NCBI GenBank assembly: GCA_050251945.1
Contig: JBFWLW010000003.1
Location: 96,001-160,000, forward strand
From: Deferribacterales bacterium
GTDB lineage: Bacteria; Chrysiogenota; Deferribacteres; Deferribacterales; Geovibrionaceae
Length of the DNA: 64,000 nucleotides
Direction: 5' to 3'
The notes below the pieces were generated by a model, which was given only the letters and a program-made list of their open reading frames with translations, was not told the origin of the DNA and searched no databases. The translations under genes were made by a program, and so were the position numbers. Positions 57,725 through 64,000 of the stretch are shown piece after piece (the first letter of the stretch is position 1; each line of letters starts with the position of its first letter).

Positions 57725-58996
57725 ATGCAACTTGCAGTTTTAGGTTTAAACCACAACACAGCGCCTGTCGGCGTAAGGGAAACCCTTGCCGTCGACGGGT
57801 CGGAACTCGCTGAGATTTATTCTGAAATAATGAACAACGACAGGATCTATGAGGCGATGATAATCTCCACCTGCAACAGGGTGGAATACTATATCGTAAC
57901 CGACGATTTCCTGTGCAACATTGAAAGCGTTCTTGAAATAGTCTCCGAACACTGCAAAATGGACAGGTCGGAACTTCGCAAATACACCTATATCCACTGC
58001 GGCGAGGACTCCGTGCGCCATATCTTCCGTGTGGCGAGCGGTCTTGATTCACTTGTAATGGGCGAACCGCAGATATTCGGTCAGGTTAAAGATTCGTTCG
58101 AGAACTGCCGTCTGTACGGCGGTGCCGGAACTTTCCTCAAAAAACTTGAGGAATACACCATTAAAACCACCAAAAAAGTGCGTACCTACACAGGTATAGG
58201 CGAAAACCCCGTCTCCGTCAGCTATGCCGCTGTGGAACTCGCAACAAAGATATTCGGCAGTCTTGCAGACAAACACGCCCTTATCATCGGTGCGGGCGAA
58301 ATGTGCGAACTGGCATCCAAGCACCTTGTCACAGCAGGAATAGGCGGCATTACAGTTACCAACAGAACATTTGAAAAAGCACAACGTCTCGCCGGAGAGG
58401 TCGACGGTTCCGCTGTTGAGTTCGACAGCTTCAAAACCTGCCTTCCGGATTCGGACATAATAATAAGCTCGACGGGAGCGACAGAGCTTCTCGTTACCGC
58501 TGCCGATGTGAAAGAGACTATGGCGCTCAGAAAGCGCCGCCCTATGTTCTTCATAGACATAGCAGTTCCCAGAGACATTGATCCGCTTATAAACGAACTT
58601 GAAAACGTATACGTTTACAGCATAGACGACCTTAAGGCTGTTGTTGACGCAAACCGCAAACAGCGGGAGAAAGAGGCTGTCAAAGCCATGGAATATATCG
58701 ACGCGGGTCTTGCCATGTTTTACGAATGGCTCGAATCCATGAAGATAATCCCTGTTATCAAATCACTGCGTCAGCAGTTTGAAGACAAAAAGGAAGAGGA
58801 GCTTAAGCGCTTTTCATCCAAATTCAAAATTGACGACAAGAACGAACTTGCAAAATTGGAATACCTCGTAACGGCATACATGAACAAGGTACTGCACACA
58901 CCGCTGAAGAACCTTAAGAACGCTTCGGCTGTCAAGGGTAAGTACTCACTGGACGAGGCGCTTAAAATCTTATTTGAACTTGAGGATATGAAATGA
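57725..58996 (+). CDS. hemA: Glutamyl-tRNA reductase
   Basis: GLNH.TAP, STCNRVE, GLDSLVMGEPQI, GAGEM, DIAVPRDI. Confidence 0.97.
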   Translation: MQLAVLGLNHNTAPVGVRETLAVDGSELAEIYSEIMNNDRIYEAMIISTCNRVEYYIVTDDFLCNIESVLEIVSEHCKMDRSELRKYTYIHCGEDSVRHIFRVASGLDSLVMGEPQIFGQVKDSFENCRLYGGAGTFLKKLEEYTIKTTKKVRTYTGIGENPVSVSYAAVELATKIFGSLADKHALIIGAGEMCELASKHLVTAGIGGITVTNRTFEKAQRLAGEVDGSAVEFDSFKTCLPDSDIIISSTGATELLVTAADVKETMALRKRRPMFFIDIAVPRDIDPLINELENVYVYSIDDLKAVVDANRKQREKEAVKAMEYIDAGLAMFYEWLESMKIIPVIKSLRQQFEDKKEEELKRFSSKFKIDDKNELAKLEYLVTAYMNKVLHTPLKNLKNASAVKGKYSLDEALKILFELEDMK

Positions 58997-59916
58997 AAAA
59001 AGTCGTAATAGCAACAAGAGGCAGCAACCTCGCACTCTGGCAGGCGGAACACATCAAAGCTCTGCTTATGGAAAAACACGGAGTTGAGGTTGAGCTTAAC
59101 GTCATAAAAACAAAAGGCGACATCATCCTTGACGTTCCGCTGGCAAAAATAGGCGGCAAAGGACTGTTCGTTAAAGAAATCGAACAGGCGCTTCTGGATA
59201 AAACTGCCGACATAGCCGTACACAGCATGAAGGACGTTCCCATGGAACTGCCCGAAGGACTGACACTCTACGCAAGCCCCATAGGCGAAACACCCTATGA
59301 CTGCTTCGTTTCCGTTAAATACAACAAGCTGGACGAACTGCCTCAGGGCGCTGTGGTGGGCACAAGCAGCCTGCGCAGAAAGGTACAGCTTAAAAAATAC
59401 CGCCCCGACCTCGTCATCAAAGACCTGCGCGGCAATGTGAATACCCGCCTTGCAAAGCTTGAAAAAGGCGAATACGACTGTATCATCCTCGCAAAAGCCG
59501 GACTCGTCCGTCTCGGTTTTGAGGAGCGCGTGCGCGAGACATTCAACACAGAAATGATGCTTCCCGCATGCTGTCAGGGCATCCTCGGCATCGAGATACG
59601 CGAGAACGACACAGAGATGATGAACCTGCTGAACTTCATCCGACATGAAGAGACAGAAACACGCGTTAAATGTGAGCGTGCTTTCCTGCGCCGTCTGGAA
59701 GGCGGATGTCAGGCACCCATCGCCGGACACTCCGTTGTCAGCGGCAATGCCATTTCAATGCGCGGTCTCGTTTCCGATATAGACGGAAACATCTTTATCG
59801 AAGAGAATATTAACGGCGATATCAAAAACGCGGAAGCTCTCGGAAAAGCCCTTGCCGACAGGATACTGGGTGCTGGCGGAAAAGAGATACTGGACGAAAT
59901 TTACAAAAACGCCTGA
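58993..59916 (+). CDS. hemC: Hydroxymethylbilane synthase
   Basis: TRGSNLALWQ, GKGLFVKE, VHSMKD, GTSSLRR, RGNVNTR, GGCQAP. Confidence 0.97.
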   Translation: MKKVVIATRGSNLALWQAEHIKALLMEKHGVEVELNVIKTKGDIILDVPLAKIGGKGLFVKEIEQALLDKTADIAVHSMKDVPMELPEGLTLYASPIGETPYDCFVSVKYNKLDELPQGAVVGTSSLRRKVQLKKYRPDLVIKDLRGNVNTRLAKLEKGEYDCIILAKAGLVRLGFEERVRETFNTEMMLPACCQGILGIEIRENDTEMMNLLNFIRHEETETRVKCERAFLRRLEGGCQAPIAGHSVVSGNAISMRGLVSDIDGNIFIEENINGDIKNAEALGKALADRILGAGGKEILDEIYKNA

Positions 59917-60593
59917 TGAACGTCCTTATAACACGGGAAGCCGACAAATACGCAAAGTTTGCAAAACTGCTGTCACAGGCGGGTCATACACCGTTTTCTC
60001 TGCCGATGATAGAGTGTGTTCCAGTTGACGCCGAAATTGACGGTTACTACGATTTCGGAGTGTTCACCAGCCTCAACGCTGTGAAATACTTTGACAGATA
60101 TAAAGATTCTGTCCGCTTCGGTCAGATAGTCACTGTGGGTTCCGCAACAAAAGCCGCCATGGAAGAAGCGGGATACACCGTTGACCTTATGCCGGATGAG
60201 TTCTCCGCAGAGGGACTTATAGCACTATTTTCCGGATGTAACCTGACTGGGAAGACTTTTCTCATGGCGGGTGCTGAAACACGCGCGGGAAGTTTTCACG
60301 AATGGCTGAAACAGAACCAATGCACCGCTGAGATTGTCACTATATACAGAACGGTTCCTGTTGAGCGTACAAAAGACGAAATTGACGCTTTTATAGCTGA
60401 AAATGGAATTGATGTTGTAACCTTCGCATCGCCTTCCGCAGTCCGCGCTTTTTTTGACATCACGGATACCGACAAAACCATTGTCGTAATAGGTAAAACA
60501 ACTGCCGACGCAGTTAAAAAATATAACAAAGATTGCCTGACCCCAAAGGATTTCACCCTTGAGGCTATGACAGAGATAATAAACACACTTTAA
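59916..60593 (+). CDS. hemD: Uroporphyrinogen-III synthase
   Basis: VLITRE, FTSLNAV, TFASPSAV, IGKTTA. Confidence 0.92.
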   Translation: MNVLITREADKYAKFAKLLSQAGHTPFSLPMIECVPVDAEIDGYYDFGVFTSLNAVKYFDRYKDSVRFGQIVTVGSATKAAMEEAGYTVDLMPDEFSAEGLIALFSGCNLTGKTFLMAGAETRAGSFHEWLKQNQCTAEIVTIYRTVPVERTKDEIDAFIAENGIDVVTFASPSAVRAFFDITDTDKTIVVIGKTTADAVKKYNKDCLTPKDFTLEAMTEIINTL

Positions 60594-60603
60594 GAGGTGA
60601 CAT

Positions 60604-61575
60604 ATGTTCCCCATTGACAGACCCAGAAGACTGAGAACCAGCGAAACAATGAGACGGATGGTGCGCGAAACCACACTAAGCGCGAATGACTTCATCTACC
60701 CGCTGTTCGTCTGCGAAGGCGAGAACATTAAAAATCCCGTGTCCTCAATGCCCGGCGTATTCCAGATGTCCATCGACAACATCGTTAAAGAGTGCGAAGA
60801 GGTGAAAGCCCTCGGTATCCCCGGCGTTATACTGTTCGGCATCCCCGCATACAAAGACGAAATGGGTTCCGAAGCCTATAACGAACACGGAATCATACAG
60901 AAAGCAATACGCGCCATTAAAGCACATGTCAAAGACCTGCTGGTCATAACTGACGTATGTATGTGCGAATACACGGACCACGGTCACTGCGGCATCATCA
61001 AGAACGGGGAAGTGGACAACGACGAAACGCTCCATTATCTCGCTCTTGAAACGCTTACACACGTCAAAGCAGGCGCGGATATGGTAGCACCCAGCGACAT
61101 GATGGACGGGCGCGTCGAAGAGATGCGCAACATTCTGGACGATAACGGTTTTTCAAACATCCCGATCATGAGCTATTCCGTCAAATACTGCTCCGCTTTC
61201 TACGGACCATTCCGCGAAGCGGCAGAATCCACACCGAAATTCGGCGATAGAAAAACTTATCAGATGGATCCGGCAAACCGCACAGAAGGCTTGAAAGAAG
61301 CGGCTCTTGATATTGCGGAGGGTGCTGATATTATTATGGTCAAACCTGCTCTGCCCTATCTGGACATCATCAGCGACCTGAAACAGAACTTCGACAGACC
61401 TGTTGCGGCATATCAGGTCAGCGGCGAATATGCCATGATAATGGCGGCTGATCAGCTCGGCTGGATGGACGGACACAGAGCCATGATGGAAGCGCTCACC
61501 TCGATAAAACGTGCGGGAGCTGATATAATCATAACCTATTACGCGAAGGAAGCGGCGAAAACTCTTGGGAAATAA
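60604..61575 (+). CDS. hemB: Porphobilinogen synthase
   Basis: [38 protein letters not shown]. Confidence 0.97.
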   Translation: MFPIDRPRRLRTSETMRRMVRETTLSANDFIYPLFVCEGENIKNPVSSMPGVFQMSIDNIVKECEEVKALGIPGVILFGIPAYKDEMGSEAYNEHGIIQKAIRAIKAHVKDLLVITDVCMCEYTDHGHCGIIKNGEVDNDETLHYLALETLTHVKAGADMVAPSDMMDGRVEEMRNILDDNGFSNIPIMSYSVKYCSAFYGPFREAAESTPKFGDRKTYQMDPANRTEGLKEAALDIAEGADIIMVKPALPYLDIISDLKQNFDRPVAAYQVSGEYAMIMAADQLGWMDGHRAMMEALTSIKRAGADIIITYYAKEAAKTLGK

Positions 61576-62299
61576 AACAAATGCCTACAGGTGGCTTGAA
61601 GGCGAACTCGTTCAGATAGACCACATAGAAAAGGTTAAAAAAGGCGATCTTGTCGCCATAGACAGGCAGGTAGATCTGGCTGTCAGAAATGTCGAAGCGT
61701 TCGTAAAAGGCATACCTGCACTCAACATGCTCCTTTGGGGAGAGAAGGGTCTGGGCAAGTCAACTATGATAAAAATGCTGCTTACGGAATACGCTGAAGC
61801 CGGGCTTACGGCTGTTGAATTCCGCCATACGGACATAACGTATCTATATAGTCTATATAGCGAAATCCGCAAAATGCCCAACCGTTTCGTGATGATCTAT
61901 ATGGATGATATTTCGTTCGATTCAGGCGATTCCATGTACCGCCTTTTTAAGTCTATCCTTGAGGGCGGACTGGAAGAAAAACCGAAAAACTGCATCTTTG
62001 TGGCGACGTCAAATAAGCGTCACATGATAACTGAAAAGGCTGAAACCTTCGGAGATGTGTACGACAGGGACGAGGTTAACGAAAAAGCCTCTCTGTTCGC
62101 ACGCTTCGGGCTTGCCATCGGCTTTTATCCGTTAAATCCCAAAGACTACAAAAGAATTGTTAAATCATATTTCGAACTATTCGACATAGGTGCTTATGAA
62201 AACTGGGAAACAGAAGCCGAAGCCTATGCCATGGACAGAGGCGGAAGAAGCGGCAGAATTGCCAAACAGTTCGCTATTTACAAAAATATTTACAGATAA
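61565..62299 (+). CDS. DUF815-family AAA+ ATPase
   Basis: [39 protein letters not shown]. Confidence 0.88.
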   Translation: MGNKTNAYRWLEGELVQIDHIEKVKKGDLVAIDRQVDLAVRNVEAFVKGIPALNMLLWGEKGLGKSTMIKMLLTEYAEAGLTAVEFRHTDITYLYSLYSEIRKMPNRFVMIYMDDISFDSGDSMYRLFKSILEGGLEEKPKNCIFVATSNKRHMITEKAETFGDVYDRDEVNEKASLFARFGLAIGFYPLNPKDYKRIVKSYFELFDIGAYENWETEAEAYAMDRGGRSGRIAKQFAIYKNIYR

Positions 62300-62667
62300 T
62301 CAAGAATTTCAAAGTCACCGGGGGCGAGTTCTTTAGTTTTGAGCTCGTCCACGGTTCCCCAAAACATGTCAATATGCTCTTTCATTTCAAATCTGGTCGA
62401 AATAAGCTTTGAATGATAGAAGTGCAAAATTATTTTTCTTTCATGCGCAACTTTTTGAACTGTCTGGATAAAGCTGCACACTTTTACGTCTGCATCGAAT
62501 TCTTCCAGCATTTCGCGGACAAGCGCCTGTTCGTGTGTCTCGCCCGGCTCAACCTTTCCGCCGGGGAATTCCCAAAAACCTCCGAGCTGTCTGTCCAGCG
62601 GGCGGCGCGCTATGAAATATTTTCCGTCTCTGTTGAGAACCGCCGCGACTACATCAATTTCTTTCAT
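62290..62667 (-). CDS. MutT/NudG-like NUDIX hydrolase
   Basis: WEFPGGKVEPGETHEQALVREMLEE Nudix box. Confidence 0.9.
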   Translation of the reverse strand: MKEIDVVAAVLNRDGKYFIARRPLDRQLGGFWEFPGGKVEPGETHEQALVREMLEEFDADVKVCSFIQTVQKVAHERKIILHFYHSKLISTRFEMKEHIDMFWGTVDELKTKELAPGDFEILDYL

Positions 62668-62683
62668 AAGACCTTAAACAATT

Positions 62684-62762
62684 GAGATCGCCGCGTCGCT
62701 AAGCTCCTCGCGAAGACGAAATCGGTCTCTGCGAGGAAGCCGCAGGCTGACGCGGCAGTCTC
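62684..62762. repeat. REP/REPIN-like inverted pair (family 1)
   Basis: GAGATCGCCGCGTC...CGCGAAGAC, spacer, GTCTCTGCGAGG...GACGCGGCAGTCTC. Confidence 0.8.
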
Positions 62763-62769
62763 ATTATAA

Positions 62770-63942
62770 TTATTTTCTATCTAAGATATCAATTCCCGGG
62801 AGAGAACCGAACTCAATAAACTCAAGTGAAGCACCGCCGCCCGTTGATATATGGTCGATACTGTCGCTTACTCCTGCAAGGTTCACAGCCGCAACCGAAT
62901 CCCCTCCGCCGACAACAACCGTTCCTTCCGCCCCGCCAAGTGCGCGGGCTATGGAAAATGTGCCGTTAGCGTACAGGGGGTTCTCGAAAACTCCCATGGG
63001 ACCGTTCCAGAGTATGGTTTTGCACCTGTTCAGCTCATGGATATACATATCCGCGGTTTTCGGACCGATATCAAGCCCCATGCATCCGTCCGGAATATCC
63101 GCACAGTCGCATGCTGTCGGTTCCCCGCAGAATTCTTCGGATATGACATGATCCACAGGAAGCATTATTTTGACCTGCTTCTTTTTTGCCATGGTAAATA
63201 TCTCTTCCACAACGTTGAGCTGGTCGTCTTCAACCATCGACGTGCCGACAGTGTGCCCCTGATATTTCAGAAACGTATAAGCCATTGCGCCGCCAACAAA
63301 GATATCGTCGGCAAGTTCCAAAAGGGACTTGATGACGCCTATCTTATCGGAAACCTTCGCACCGCCTACAATGGCGCCGAATGGTCTTGCGGGATTCTTA
63401 ATAAGCTGACTGAAATACTGTATCTCTTTTTCCACAAGGAAACCTGCCGCCTTGTCATGGATAAGTTCTGCCATGCCGTATGTGGATGCGTGTTTACGGT
63501 GGCACGTGCCGAACGCATCGTTGATGTATACGTCTGCATTTGCGGCAAGCGCTTTGACAAATTCGGGGTCGTTCTTCTCTTCGCCTTTATAGTAACGCAG
63601 GTTTTCAAGAAGGATAACGTCGCCGTCTTTCATCTTTGCCACAGCGTCAGCAACCGGTGCGCCGATACAGTCATCAACAAACGTAACGGGCATAAATTTG
63701 TCCGTTATATATTTTGCAACGGGAGCAAGCGTATAATCGGGGTTCTTCTCACCTTTGGGTCTGCCGAGGTGGGAAGCAAGGATAACCTTCGCACCCTGTC
63801 CCTGTGCATAGCGGATGGTCTTCATAGCCTCCACAATGCGGGTGTCGTCTTTAACGACGCCGCTTTTAACGGGAACATTGAAATCTACGCGGATGAATAC
63901 TCTTTTTCCTTTCAGGTTCAGATCTTTGATACACTTCGCCAT
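62770..63942 (-). CDS. pgk: Phosphoglycerate kinase
   Basis: RVDFNVP, SHLGRP, LENLR, GGAKVSDK, WNGPMG, STGGGASLE. Confidence 0.98.
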   Translation of the reverse strand: MAKCIKDLNLKGKRVFIRVDFNVPVKSGVVKDDTRIVEAMKTIRYAQGQGAKVILASHLGRPKGEKNPDYTLAPVAKYITDKFMPVTFVDDCIGAPVADAVAKMKDGDVILLENLRYYKGEEKNDPEFVKALAANADVYINDAFGTCHRKHASTYGMAELIHDKAAGFLVEKEIQYFSQLIKNPARPFGAIVGGAKVSDKIGVIKSLLELADDIFVGGAMAYTFLKYQGHTVGTSMVEDDQLNVVEEIFTMAKKKQVKIMLPVDHVISEEFCGEPTACDCADIPDGCMGLDIGPKTADMYIHELNRCKTILWNGPMGVFENPLYANGTFSIARALGGAEGTVVVGGGDSVAAVNLAGVSDSIDHISTGGGASLEFIEFGSLPGIDILDRK

Positions 63943-63951
63943 AAATAACCC

Positions 63952-64000
63952 TTAAAGCACTTTAGTCAGCAGCTCGGCACAACGGTTTGAGTAGCCCCAT
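63952..64000 (-). CDS. gap: 3' end of glyceraldehyde-3-phosphate dehydrogenase (partial)
   Basis: Minus strand reads WGYSNRCAELLTKVL*, directly upstream of pgk. Confidence 0.85.
   Translation of the reverse strand, partial: WGYSNRCAELLTKVL

Noticed and set aside
62851..63948. 365-aa plus-strand ORF, and similar long antisense ORFs at 10234-11376, 30429-31409, 35559-36428 and 58771-59730
   Set aside because: Shadow frames opposite well-supported genes, with no recognisable motifs.

Overview
Bacterial chromosomal window of mostly moderate GC. Gene content and kinase style suggest a Deferribacterales-like anaerobe, but this is inference only. Housekeeping blocks: fmt-DUF116-htpX-rsmB, a SAM-I riboswitch-controlled metY-metX operon, ccsA-hemACDB, nth, larC, gmhB, pgk and the 3' end of gap. 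These alternate with many signalling genes: histidine kinases, HDOD, GGDEF/EAL proteins and a complete cytoplasmic chemosensory cluster. Four observations stand out. (1) The chemosensory cluster begins with a translationally coupled parA and a lid-less Hsp70 paralog, followed by a soluble double-tip chemoreceptor with an inserted CZB domain, a triple CheW, and a two-Hpt CheA carrying tandem MshEN-like motifs. (2) Two tiny non-coding elements (45 bp and about 47 bp) have inserted into REP-like palindromes and, reciprocally, into each other. (3) Two PA2779-like secreted proteins with an APAGG motif lie next to a C39-like lipoprotein peptidase. (4) Three small low-complexity proteins end in -YA, two with EF hands and one with a good sigma28-like promoter. 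No rRNA, tRNA, CRISPR array or transposase gene was seen.
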